A stretch of DNA of 63,999 bases, filler included, from Stramenopiles sp. TOSAG23-3 (Eukaryota), in the NCBI GenBank assembly GCA_900128585.1. It is 3 parts of 3 records of this genome, joined end to end, with 100 filler letters (N's around TTAATTAATTAA, not from the genome) between each part and the next. Parts side by side here need not be neighbours in the genome. Positions count along the whole stretch, not along the records: positions 21,560 to 42,985 come from LT642357.1; positions 43,086 to 63,999 come from LT642365.1; 1 more part is not named here. The stretch is one strand, 5' to 3'. Positions 36,501 to 46,387 of the stretch are shown here, in pieces (position 1 is the stretch's first letter; each line of letters begins with the position of its first letter). Position numbers and translations under genes: made by a program. The notes under the pieces are model-generated. The model was not told the DNA's origin. It saw nothing but the letters and a program-made list of their open reading frames with translations, and did not search any database.

Positions 36501-37371
36501 ATACAATGTAAAATACGATCAAAGGTGCAAACAGGAATGTTGGCAGAATAACCATAGCACCACCGTATTTTTGAAAGAAATGCTCACGTTTCAAGAAAAA
36601 GAGTGTGGTCCCGAGAATGAGTGAAACAAAAAGCATGATCCAAGGAACCAACTCCGTTTCCTGTCGTCCAAGCGCAACTTTCCCAGCATATTTAAGCACT
36701 TTCCAAGCTATGCAACCGAGAAAACCGTTTACGACCGGTTCAGGGAGAAACTGCACAATTCTCGTGGCGCCAATATAGCCAAGAATGTACCAGACAAAAC
36801 CCATCAGAAAAGTAGACAAAAAGATGAGAAATGTCAACGTCGGAACTGCCTGTTCCTGGGGATACTTCGTCAACACTTTTGCCCAATTGACTACGAACAG
36901 ACAGGCAATTATGTCCGGGCCACTTATGTTTATTTTAATTTTCGATAACTTGGAAGTTATCAAACAAGTTATCAGAGTAGAAGAGCACTGAACTCCCACC
37001 CCAATCGCCAACGATTCGCGGAACATTTTGTATGTGGCCTTGTCGTCATGAATAATAATTGCACCAACCATACAAAATATGTACTTCAGGAAGCCCAGTA
37101 CGAAAACGTCGACTATCCACCTCATCTGGTACTGCCAGCCAACTGGTAAGGTGGGCTTCGCATCATGGTCTTCGCCTCTAATGGTCAGGGAAGCATCCAG
37201 GCTATTCAACAACTTAACATGCTGTTCTACAGCCATGCTTTTTTTCGCCGTTTTGTCAATTTTTGACGGTTGGAATTCTGCAAGTTCCACGGCAACGTCG
37301 CCAGTGACTGTTGCGACTTCTTCGTCGTCTGAAGAGTCTTGTACCTTGCTAGCATTGTTTTCAGTTTCCAT
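33526..37371 (-). CDS. SLC26/SulP-family transporter with STAS, cyclic-nucleotide-binding and EF-hand domains
   Basis: ISGPD, VQFLPEPVVNGFLG, multiple TM segments; STAS motifs LQFDGFIFFASA and FLFDFEHVQSVDESG; cNMP-like KKGDFLCKEGEMNSSIFILQTGRV; EF-hand WDVNREGNISFEAL. Confidence 0.85.
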   Translation of the reverse strand: METENNASKVQDSSDDEEVATVTGDVAVELAEFQPSKIDKTAKKSMAVEQHVKLLNSLDASLTIRGEDHDAKPTLPVGWQYQMRWIVDVFVLGFLKYIFCMVGAIIIHDDKATYKMFRESLAIGVGVQCSSTLITCLITSKLSKIKINISGPDIIACLFVVNWAKVLTKYPQEQAVPTLTFLIFLSTFLMGFVWYILGYIGATRIVQFLPEPVVNGFLGCIAWKVLKYAGKVALGRQETELVPWIMLFVSLILGTTLFFLKREHFFQKYGGAMVILPTFLFAPLIVFYIVFLAIGEPLTTYREWGVMFPDFAHRPFWELYTESYGQWFQKDKIAFGAVRESLPDMIVMMIILVVDSLLKLAATKSALEMEVDVRYEIELTGKENVVAALAGISAPGYPQVKFNILSYGILGNKLETRVGYGVGLFCGIMWLCGGAVPLLNILPRFLLSSLLFYAAMPFIDNYLYKPCYTMKYVDIFTIYFILVVVIFVDQVLHMTHAMLDGVVLGIVISVFAFVFQSTQITVIRNATDGRLLRSKVVRSYWEEALLTRVGQRVSVLQFDGFIFFASAASIFERVKSILEESSKRRRPEQTRYFLFDFEHVQSVDESGIKMLKDVQRYVQNHDGSAISICYTGLTKMGQNSAKLDLLFMRYGLIPGMEDGGENKEHRHRGSASAAGILIAPDIDYGMELIEDKILTRASRVRSKWLVFDSFIKLHKESLEKQKYQEFEIAIGSNVGHNIWEYAELKEIKKGDFLCKEGEMNSSIFILQTGRVTSYTAQDSGVVQRIQTVSKGAVVNDACIFLNLPVSHSIVADKDSTFWCISKEKLKLMEQNEPRLALAVTQHILRHSSSVRQRLERDLHSLEHGKEPTSKKTARVTESAGDFHNSLTLNLGSTVLSKIRKAHLDFQTQALDWRMVHGDDSGKAEQVETLMQYDADHHVHNFRHLKLQRLPTGDLKVALNQENGKSAEWGECNPHLSQMQEKKAKKWFEFHLNDQSEAVFDANLKSPSANLKSDGRISLGLTQKAIMDLGIFPTIQEVRNLHTLLSEEKPQNKKSEKIGIDMFLKMVEKLTLANLKEVEIASLHKIFKQYALEKDGKKVLTKKALQELMKDLGHEEDDSELDCIMNEWDVNREGNISFEALVSVVATYLHLEKLDSEMEVDFGKLCNCKEPMSMNPEELAKQVITKEALIESVQRYGGRHGITVNEQLAEEMIFDADIELVDHKVTFDELITTLEMIGPEEIVESISSKENSLVSALSVPSGMHLSFKRRESKRNLLKQNSF

Positions 37372-38768
37372 CAGTACTGTAAGTGGATAGTTTCAGACGG
37401 TAATTAGAGACGTATTGTAGTGATGCGCCTACTTTCAACCTCTCATTTTTGAACCAAAATTCTACTTCGTGTTATACTTTCAGACGGGCAATATGGATGG
37501 GTCTAGATGAATGCAAAGTCATGCATGCCCTTTTTTGCTTTAACGTCACCTGGGCACTTACTTTCCACTCTACCTACATTTTTAACTGATGTGGGTATTT
37601 ATTATATAGGCTGCATAGTAATTAACTGTAATTAGTATACTGTATTAATATAATACCAGCTGTAGAGAGGGAGGCAGCCTACTTTGATCTGAAGAAGAAT
37701 ACGGTAACCGAATACAATACATCATCCAAAATATCCAAAATCGCTGGCGATTACAGGCTATAATACGTATTATACCGGTATTATTTAAATTAATAGGAAT
37801 ATATAATTAATGGAATTAATAGACTAGACTATCAATAAAATATGGAAAGAAGAAAGAGAATAATAATAATAAATAAGACGACGATGAGAAGCAGCTATTT
37901 TTGTTGCATTGCATTGCATTGTATTGCATTGCATTGCATGCCTGCTTATTATATCACATAGTCTAGTATTATTAGTATCAGTTATCACAGATAACTTTAA
38001 TTACATTTGTTAACCTCTCTTCTTATTCAAGAGGTACGAGAAGCTAGCTGTACGAGAGATATAAAAATGAGGTGGTTTCGTTCAACTCGTAAAAGAACAC
38101 TATTAATACTACGTAGTTGGCAAGTTGGATCTATAATAAAATCATGACACGTATTCATACTATTGGATCTAAATTTTTTTATATAGGAATAATAATAATA
38201 TTCAAGTATATTTATATTGTATTCTTTGGCTTCTCCAAAACCTTGAAGTGAATTTTTGTCTGTTATGGTGTGTCTATATAATATTATTACATGAAAATTC
38301 TTTTTTTTAACAAACTTTTTTCTTCTTCTTCCAGTTAAACTTAGAAAAATATATGCTCCTCCTCCTCCTATTAGCCTATTATAATTATATGGACTATCCT
38401 CTCTTCCTTCTTCTCTAAGTATTACTATATTGTGAAAACTTAATAATAATAAAAATAATAAAAGTCTCTATACTACTACAGTACCGTACCAGTAGAAGAA
38501 ATAAAAAAAAAATAAAAAAAAAAAATAATAAAAAATATAGAGTATTATTATTATTATAATTATAAAACGTGTGCGTGTGGTGGTGAGAGTAACAAGAAAT
38601 TGATTTCCAGAAATGTTCTTATACCCCATCCCATGGTTAGTAATTTTCTATTCTTTGAAATGACGTCATTCATGTGGACAAATATTTAATAAGTTTCAGA
38701 GCTTCGTCTTTCTTCAAAAGCAAACAAAAAGATTTTTACCTACTAAATACGTTGTATACTAAGCGGAA

Positions 38769-40487
38769 ATGGAACCTCTCGAAGAACCTTTCCTGCTAGG
38801 CGACAATGCGAACGTTTACCCCAGTGACGAAGAAACAGTCAGCAGCATAACAGCGGCTGGTTCAGGATTTCACGAAGAGAATATTTCACAATCTCTGCAG
38901 ACTCTTATACGATCTAATCAAACATTTCATGAAGACGCTCTTGAGGAAAGTATGCAAAAGAACAAATCCTTGCTGTTATCACGAGCGTTACGATCTAGTA
39001 AATATCTCAGTGACGTCCAGAGTGAAACAACACGAGGGTGTTGTGTTTCGCCGGAATTTGAGCACAGGCAGCAATGGAAATTGCGCAAAGATGGAGTTAC
39101 ATACGAAAACACGGGAATGTACGAAGACAGAAGGGCTCGCTGGATGGACATTTTCTTCGACCTGATACTTGCTGGTCTGAGTTTACGGTGTGCCGAGTTG
39201 AGCTTGAGAAGCCAGCGCGAGCCTGAATACGATATACACAAACATTGGCTGTTCATGATTGCGTCTTACGGGAGCTGTATCGCTGTTTGGGCCCAAGTGA
39301 CAAACCATCGAAATCGGTATCATTTGAAGAGAACGTCTTGGCTGAATACAGTTATTATTGCCATATTTATTGCTATGCTAGCATTTGAAATTAATGCCAT
39401 GGAATATTGTGTAAAGAGCCTCATGTGCACGGCTTCAACGATAGATATTTTACGCGGCTGTAAAATTGTATTTCTGGCAAATGCATTGAAGTTTTTATTT
39501 TGTGGAATGATTTCCTTTTATATCGCAAAAACCGACACTTTGATGCACAAATTTAACTTCTTAAACGGACTGGTTATGCTTTTCGTTTCATTTTCATTCC
39601 TCGTTTTATATTTTATATACGACGGGAGTGAACGTTGTGCGCAACTTTGGGCAGTGCTGAGTTTGACACCTTTGATTGCAATCCCGCTGGGTTCAAGGTT
39701 TATACCGGGAATAAATGAAGTGTATCAACCATTGAATACGCACTATTTTCTTGAACGATTGGGTCTACTGATTATTTCGCTCTTAGCAGTACTTATGGAG
39801 ACCCTTTTTGCGCATTCATGTACCAATTCTCCGGGGCTGTGCGACAATTGGAACAATCGGACTGTATTTCGTTCCGAAGAACGAGATGATCACCACGGAC
39901 GATCACTAGCACCATACATTAAATTGGGGGTTTGCCTTCTGTATGCGCTATTCATTAAAATGAGCATCTTCAACATATACACTGCGTCTATTCTGGACGA
40001 GCAAGTATCACCATCGACGAAATACGATATCACAAACGATGCGCGCATATTTTCCGGTCTTATACTTGCTACAGGGATCGCAATTTTGTCCAACGAAATG
40101 AACCGAGATGCTTCAGTCTGTGAACTTGATAAGGGACGAAATATTAGCGATTTAAACGAGTTTGGTGAAATCATAGTGTCGTTCGCCATGACCTCTTTTC
40201 ATTATGTAAACACATGGAGATCAAAAAAATGGACATGGTGGAAGACCATTATCTTCTGGTCAGAACGTATCTTGCTACAGGCGATCGGAAGGGTTTTAGC
40301 ACATATGACCAAAGACGTCCCTCAGTCAATTAACCAGCTTGACCCACTTATATACGCCTCGCTTATGCTTGTTTCTTTTTACATAGAAAAACATTTTTTG
40401 AATCTTCCAACGAACCATGGAAAAGAGCAAGATGCACAGATTCTTGTTGAAATGATTCAAGCCGAGTGCGACGCGACCAAGAACTAA
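38769..40487 (+). CDS. LtrA (low temperature requirement A)-like polytopic membrane protein
   Basis: ARWMDIFFDLILAG and PLNTHYFLERLGLLIISL resemble the LtrA motifs W.ELFFDL and H..ER.GL..II; many TM segments. Confidence 0.65.
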   Translation: MEPLEEPFLLGDNANVYPSDEETVSSITAAGSGFHEENISQSLQTLIRSNQTFHEDALEESMQKNKSLLLSRALRSSKYLSDVQSETTRGCCVSPEFEHRQQWKLRKDGVTYENTGMYEDRRARWMDIFFDLILAGLSLRCAELSLRSQREPEYDIHKHWLFMIASYGSCIAVWAQVTNHRNRYHLKRTSWLNTVIIAIFIAMLAFEINAMEYCVKSLMCTASTIDILRGCKIVFLANALKFLFCGMISFYIAKTDTLMHKFNFLNGLVMLFVSFSFLVLYFIYDGSERCAQLWAVLSLTPLIAIPLGSRFIPGINEVYQPLNTHYFLERLGLLIISLLAVLMETLFAHSCTNSPGLCDNWNNRTVFRSEERDDHHGRSLAPYIKLGVCLLYALFIKMSIFNIYTASILDEQVSPSTKYDITNDARIFSGLILATGIAILSNEMNRDASVCELDKGRNISDLNEFGEIIVSFAMTSFHYVNTWRSKKWTWWKTIIFWSERILLQAIGRVLAHMTKDVPQSINQLDPLIYASLMLVSFYIEKHFLNLPTNHGKEQDAQILVEMIQAECDATKN

Positions 40488-40714
40488 TTTCCCCAGAGAG
40501 AGTGTTAAATTTAATTTAAAATTATTATCTAAAATAAAACCCCTTCATTACTTACTATATAGAGAGTAAGACTGAATGGAGGATTGTGTAACATAAATTT
40601 GAGATTTTTTTATTATCATAATGTTGGACATTGCACCGCCGATCGAAAATATCACAAACGACCCTCCCCCGACATCTCAACCCACAGATAACAACCTCTT
40701 GACCGATTTACAAG

Positions 40715-40996
40715 ACAGATAACGAGCACCTCAAAAACAATTAAGCCGCTGCTTGGAAGATCGTACAAGGATTGATTTATCTCTGAGTGAGATATCGGAC
40801 CAAGTTAGGATTAGGGTATGAGGACGCTAAATTTAATTATACTTATAAATAACAGCCAATTTTCTTGTTTTTAATGTTGGACAAAAGAGCAGATTAAAAT
40901 TACTTAAATAAAAACAAAAACTTGGCTGTTATTTAAGTAATTTATCTTCATGTAACCCCGCGAAAATGAGAAGTAACAGCCAATTTTTTGTTTTTA
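40715..40996. repeat. Composite dispersed repeat (family A segments)
   Basis: Three copies of the 25-bp motif (40847 -, 40911 +, 40973 -) plus a ~70-bp segment shared with 33177-33250. Confidence 0.75.
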
Positions 40997-41000
40997 CATA

Positions 41001-42716
41001 TTAGTTCGCCCCGTAACTGGCACCATAGGTTCCACCCCCAGTTGCTTCTTTCCCACCACTGCCAACTTTTGATTCTCCTGCTAGACCTTGGTGTTCGTAC
41101 GCTTCATCTGCGTCTGCATAATAGCTTCGGATAAATTGTATGTCAAAAACAATGACTGCGCCTGGCGGAATCACAGGCGGATGCCCCCTGTCACCGTAAG
41201 TAACACCGGGTTCCATGGTGCAGACAGACCGCTGCCCAAAGGTCATCGCTCTAATAGCATTCTCCCAACCGGGAACAACTTGGCTGGCGCCTAACTTGAA
41301 TTCGAATGCTCGCCCTCGTTCCCGAGAATCCTCGAATGGTTTTTCCGAACCTTCCAACGTTGCGGTGTAGTGAACGCGCACGATTTGCCCAAAAAATGGG
41401 CTATTGATACCATCCCCGTCAAACTTGTTTGTCATCGTAATGCCTGTGAGATCCGGTTTGTCGTCATCGTCCGACAGTGCATCCGACTCTTCTTCATCTC
41501 TCAACTCTGCAAGGCGCTGCTCTGCATCAAATTCGTCCTCGTCACTTTCGCTTTCTGAAATGGATTCTTTTGAGAACTCGTCATCACTCTCGTCATCCTC
41601 GCTGTCCATGCCTGCGTCTTCGCGAAACTTTTCCACTGCGGCAAGCAGTTTCCGTTTGCTTGCTAAGTCAAAACCCATCGCATCGATGTCTTCCGCCATT
41701 ATCGCCAAAACTGCTTCCATATCGTCAAACCCGTCCTCTATAAGTATGTCTTCATAATCAAGTAGATTTTCATCTTCTAAAAAGTCACGAAGCTGCTGCT
41801 TCTTGACAGCCTCCATGTCCTCCATGTTCAACTCGGCATTCCGTTCGCTATATTTTGTCATGGCAGTTTCTGGCCTCTCCTGGTCTGAATCCGAGCCCGA
41901 ATCTTCATTAAACTTTGCTCCGAAATTGCTACTATCTCCCGTCATTGGGCGACTACCCTCGCTCTTGCCAGTTTGTGGTCTGGCTCCATCGCTTTCAAGA
42001 GCGGTGCTGGGGCGTTCACTGCCCAGCGCACTGCCTGGTGGGGTTTCGGCGGCCGCCTGGGCTTGCTGCTGCTGCTGCTTCTGTTCGTCTATAGAATTTG
42101 TCTCGTCATAAAATTTGCTTTCGACACCGTACTGATCTTGTTCCGCGGCACGAAAGAGCTCATCGACGATCTGTTGGCTACGCGGTGTCAAGGGCATTTC
42201 GGCATTTCCAAGTATTTTCGGTTTTTCCCAGTGAGATTCTTGCGTCCGGCTGTTGAAATAGAAGTAACGGTTGCTAGCCTGGTCGTAGCAGCGCTCATAT
42301 TGCGCAATCACCATTTGCCTGACATGCTGCAGGGCTCGTCTAGCACGGAACATCCCTTGTATTTTACGCGCAGCTTCATCTTCGGTCATTTCGTTGGCAG
42401 TTTTCCATTTTCCATTTTGTTTTTTGTACACCATCAACTCTCGTGAGCGGGGACTCAAAACGTTGACCGCCCCGGCGTGCCTCATGAAGGACGGCTGCTC
42501 CCAACTGCTTGAACCGGTCTTACTGTTAAAATAAAAATAAGTTCCTGTGCTTTCATCATAAACCAGCTCATACGTATCGTGAATCTTCTCCCTGATCTTC
42601 TTCTTTGCTTTCCACGTTCTATAGAGACCATTTTGTATCCTTGTCGCCGCGAGGTCTTGAGACGGCATATCGTCCGTTTTGGTTTCAACCTTTGCCTCTT
42701 CCTCACCCGCTGACAT
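41001..42716 (-). CDS. IQ-WW-IQ-WW-SAM-FKBP-type peptidyl-prolyl isomerase
   Basis: IQ motifs AATRIQNGLYR and AARKIQGMFRAR; WW-like YFYFNSKTGSSSWEQP and YFYFNSRTQESHWEKP; SAM-like FLEDENLLDYEDILIEDGFDD; FKBP VRVHYTATL..FEDSRERGRAFEFKLGASQVVPGWE..VIPPGAVIVFDIQF. Confidence 0.88.
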   Translation of the reverse strand: MSAGEEEAKVETKTDDMPSQDLAATRIQNGLYRTWKAKKKIREKIHDTYELVYDESTGTYFYFNSKTGSSSWEQPSFMRHAGAVNVLSPRSRELMVYKKQNGKWKTANEMTEDEAARKIQGMFRARRALQHVRQMVIAQYERCYDQASNRYFYFNSRTQESHWEKPKILGNAEMPLTPRSQQIVDELFRAAEQDQYGVESKFYDETNSIDEQKQQQQQAQAAAETPPGSALGSERPSTALESDGARPQTGKSEGSRPMTGDSSNFGAKFNEDSGSDSDQERPETAMTKYSERNAELNMEDMEAVKKQQLRDFLEDENLLDYEDILIEDGFDDMEAVLAIMAEDIDAMGFDLASKRKLLAAVEKFREDAGMDSEDDESDDEFSKESISESESDEDEFDAEQRLAELRDEEESDALSDDDDKPDLTGITMTNKFDGDGINSPFFGQIVRVHYTATLEGSEKPFEDSRERGRAFEFKLGASQVVPGWENAIRAMTFGQRSVCTMEPGVTYGDRGHPPVIPPGAVIVFDIQFIRSYYADADEAYEHQGLAGESKVGSGGKEATGGGTYGASYGAN

Positions 42717-42985
42717 TGCGCCTGTGTCTTTTCCACCAGTAAGCGTACGGTTGGAAAATGCAAGAACCAGATGATCACTAGGTTATTCGTTTTACCAACA
42801 CGGGATAACAAACCGTCAATCTCTCTTTCTCTCTCTTTCTCTTTCTTTCTTTCTCTTTCTACAAACAATGTAGCAAATACAATGGAACACTTGAAATTAT
42901 ACTTACTATTGCTGGCATGAAATTCTCTCTTTTTTCTCTCCTCTTTTTTTTCTACTTCTTTCTTTGTCTTTCTTCTTCTTTTTTT

Positions 42986-43085
42986 NNNNNNNNNNNNNNN
43001 NNNNNNNNNNNNNNNNNNNNNNNNNNNNNTTAATTAATTAANNNNNNNNNNNNNNNNNNNNNNNNNNNNNNNNNNNNNNNNNNNN
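42986..43085. other. Artificial contig-joining spacer
   Basis: Same 100-nt N/TTAATTAATTAA block as at 21460. Confidence 0.95.
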
Positions 43086-43588
43086 GGGGGTCTTTTGTCC
43101 TCCTTTCGTGTATAATGCAATGTCTGCTGAGCGGCTGGGGTTATTTAATCGCCTGTTCCGTAAGTGCATTTTTCAATAGTTTCTACTAAAAGGATACTGT
43201 TTCTGGTCTTTCACCACCTGTTTCGTTCTTTCTTCTTCTTCTTCTTGTTTTTTTTTCTCTCTGCTGCGTTTGCTGCTGGCTTCTTCTACTACTACTACAG
43301 GTATTAATACCCGTACCGGTACCGTACTCTAATCAATCGTGATCTTCTCCTCCGCCGTTCTCTTCCTTCTTCTTCTTCGTCGTTCTTCAGCAGCAAAAAA
43401 AGAAGAAGGAGAGGTACCAACACACGGCAATACCAGGGAAACATATTAATATAGAAATAGGGAGGGAGGGTGGTTTGTCTCTTCATTCTTCATCATATCG
43501 ATATTTATTATTTTTTATTTATTATAAATAAAATATTATTTTTATTATTGTCCATTATTAGACCTACTATACTGCTTTAAAAAAATGA

Positions 43589-43972
43589 ATGGAAACAGCA
43601 TCCACCAGCCAACTAATAAAACCAACAAGCACAAGCGAAGATCCGAACTGTGACTGTGGAATGTATGGAGAGTGTACTATCCTCGTAATGTATTATACAC
43701 TCCACATTATAAGAGGGAAGAGGCAGATTAAAATTTTTAACTTTTTTTCGAGAGGCGGCCCGAAGTCGGCGCATGTCAAAAGCAAAAAATATGGCAACCT
43801 TTTGCATTACGTGTGCCGCCAGAAGCCCATTTCGCTTGTTCTGGTGCAAAAGCTGTGCAATGATCCACAGGCAGCGCTGAAAAAGGACAAGAATGGCAAC
43901 CTTCCAATCCATTTTGTGGTGGAGCGAAAGGATTTCAGCCCCTTCATTTTTAATACACTGTATAGGCTGTAG
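43589..43972 (+). pseudogene. Short ankyrin-like ORF, probably a gene fragment
   Basis: GNLLHYVC and KDKNGNLPIHFVV are ankyrin-like. The ORF stops abruptly and is followed by AT-rich low-complexity DNA. Confidence 0.45.
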
Positions 43973-44644
43973 GGTATTATATACTAGGATCGAGGAAAAG
44001 TTGTAGAAGAACAAGTTGCAGGTATCACATATATAATGTCATAGTGCCATAGTGTAGCCAATGCCTTATGCGTGTATTATACGAGTAAGATAGAACGATA
44101 TAGAACACCAAAAAAAATATGATGATGGACAAAGCAAGCTCTCCAATTAGAAGACTATGGGGGGGGGGTGGGGGTTAATATTATACTTTATTAGACTACT
44201 AGAACGACCACTATCGATTATCATTCATCATCATCCACAAAATAAAAATAATAATAAAATACAGCAGCAGCAGCAGAGCAGCAGCAGTAATAATAAAAAA
44301 TAATTTTTAAAAAATGGATATTACAGACGACTATACTGTATCCATTTTTTTTATTTTTGAACAACTACTGCTTTTTTTTTTGATGATTCGTCTTTTTTTT
44401 AATTCTCCTGCTGTGTGCTGTGGGCTCTTCGTCATCAAGCAGTGTCTAATGATGGCGTTCTTGTTGTGACCTGTCACGTCGCCTTGGCAGTGCCATGATA
44501 ATACTTTTAGAGCAGAGTTCCCAGTTGGCAATTCCACAAAATCGCTTTCGGGGAATTTCCTTGCAAATATATTCCCGTGAAAACTAACCACAACTCATCA
44601 TTCAGTTGCTTGTAGCCAGACAAGTTTGCAACAATTTGAAAAGA

Positions 44645-46316
44645 ATGGCTAACACGGCGGGTCCTGACCTGAAGGGTGACGGGGCCAGAAAAGTAAGGAG
44701 AAAAAGTGTGCCTATGAGGAGACGAATGACCACGGAGCAAAGAGTTGGTCGCGAGGGGGTGCAACACAGGGGCAAATACGGTAGAATAGTGTGTGCGGTT
44801 TTCATAAGCCTCTCAGTTTTCACCACGATAGTCGGTAAAGCACTAGGAACGTTCGACAATCCAGAATTGAACGAAGCACAGTATTATGTGTTCAACGTAC
44901 TCACAAATATATTCTTGGCAGGTAACTCGCTGGGTATCTGCATCATTTCCCACAAAAATATCTCAAAGACCGTTTTGAAGCGTGTGTACAAAGATTTTAA
45001 TGTGATACTTATCGTTGCCTTAAGTATTACCAACTTTGTTATAGAGTGCGCCCGGCCAAGTTCGCAGCTTAGCCCAGTGTTTTCATTCAATTTTATTTTG
45101 CTGGTTATATCTGTCTTTTCATTCGACGCAGTTGAGAAAAAAACTCGAAACTTTACGCTGCTATTAAATTTCATGTTTTTAGCTTTTGTCGTCATTGGGC
45201 TGTATGACTTGGCGATTGGAGTGCTAGATGTAAAGACGGTGTTGGTAGACTTTGGCTACGGCAGAGTTTTCTACAAACGATCTGTCAAGAGAGCAATATA
45301 CGTCGAAATATTTTTCCTGCTGGCCGATGGAATGAATGTCCTGATTAAAGATAGTAAGATGGAACTGCTAATGTTCGCCAGTGGACCAGTTTATAAAGAC
45401 TCGGAAAGGATATCTCAGAGCGTACCAGATTCAAACCTTAGAAAAAAGCCCAAACTAAGATTCCAAGTGTTTGCGTTTATGGGATGTGTGGTGGTTAGTG
45501 CTATAGTCCATATCGTCCACGCGTCTGTAGGCCGAACAGTGCCAGGTAAGTTCATTTTTATTTCTTGTTATAACCCGCCATCTCCGCCGCTAACGTTTTT
45601 GTTTTCTTCTTTGTTCAGGGCTTCGGATCGCTGTGGCAGTCTCTTACATCGCGACTATGGCTGCCTTTGGAAGCATATGCTGGAATAATGTTTCTGTCCA
45701 TGATTTCAAAAACATCATGAAAGAAAGTAAGATTGTTATCGTCTTTTTTCTTGGAATTGCAAACTTTATCCTGGACTTGCTGGCATCGAATAATGTTGAG
45801 ACACATTTTGAGGGGTTTCTTTATCTTGCAGCTGTCACTACACTCTTGCTACTGGACGTTATCCAAACGAAAACCAAACCAATGATGATTTTTATCGCGG
45901 CATATGTCTGCGTTAGCACCCTTTATCTGATTTATCAAACCACTTTAGGAATTTCGTACGTCGGCATTGTTTTTTACGATGCGGGAGAAAACCGGGTCTT
46001 TTACTTGCGCGGAATTAAGCGCGCGATATTTATCGATATTCTGACGTTGTCTTTGACAGGTTTGTTGACATGGTTTATGGATCCAGACTTTGAGCACTAT
46101 CTGTTTGTCCGGTCCCACATCTTTCGTGAATCAGGACAAAGCACGATGACGAGAAGAGATGTCAGTTACATTGAAACGCGTGTGAACGAAAGGCGTGGTA
46201 GAGGATCGCTCATGAGGGGAGTATCCCAGCTGGAATCCGTTGTTGTAAAAAACGAAAGAGAAATGAAAACATTGAAACGATTGTATAGCTTGGACGAAGT
46301 AATATCTAGAGAATAA
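44645..46316 (+). CDS. Polytopic membrane protein with two internally duplicated halves; 2 exons (44645-45545, 45619-46316)
   Basis: The ORFs join in frame across a 73-nt intron. The halves share motifs, e.g. RVFYKRSVKRAIYVEI and RVFYLRGIKRAIFIDI. Confidence 0.8.
45546..45618 (+). other. Spliceosomal intron (73 nt)
   Basis: GTAAGT...GCTAAC, pyrimidine tract, TTCAG. Removal gives TVPG-LRIAVAV in frame. Confidence 0.92.
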
Positions 46317-46387
46317 AATTAGCAGCATCTCCTCACATTATTATACATTTTTTGTTAACTTTAATTAACTTTGTACGCATTTTTGTT

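Noticed and set aside
37904-37939. (TTGCA)n pentamer run and the TAA/GAA/GA microsatellites in spacers
   Set aside because: Ordinary simple repeats with no higher-order structure.
40805-40816. TTAGGA-TTAGGG, and TAACCCTAA at 63730, as telomeric repeats
   Set aside because: Only one or two units each, which is expected by chance.
44400-44580. Short hairpins upstream of the duplicated membrane protein gene
   Set aside because: The stems are short and scattered with no riboswitch or snoRNA motif, so the evidence is insufficient.
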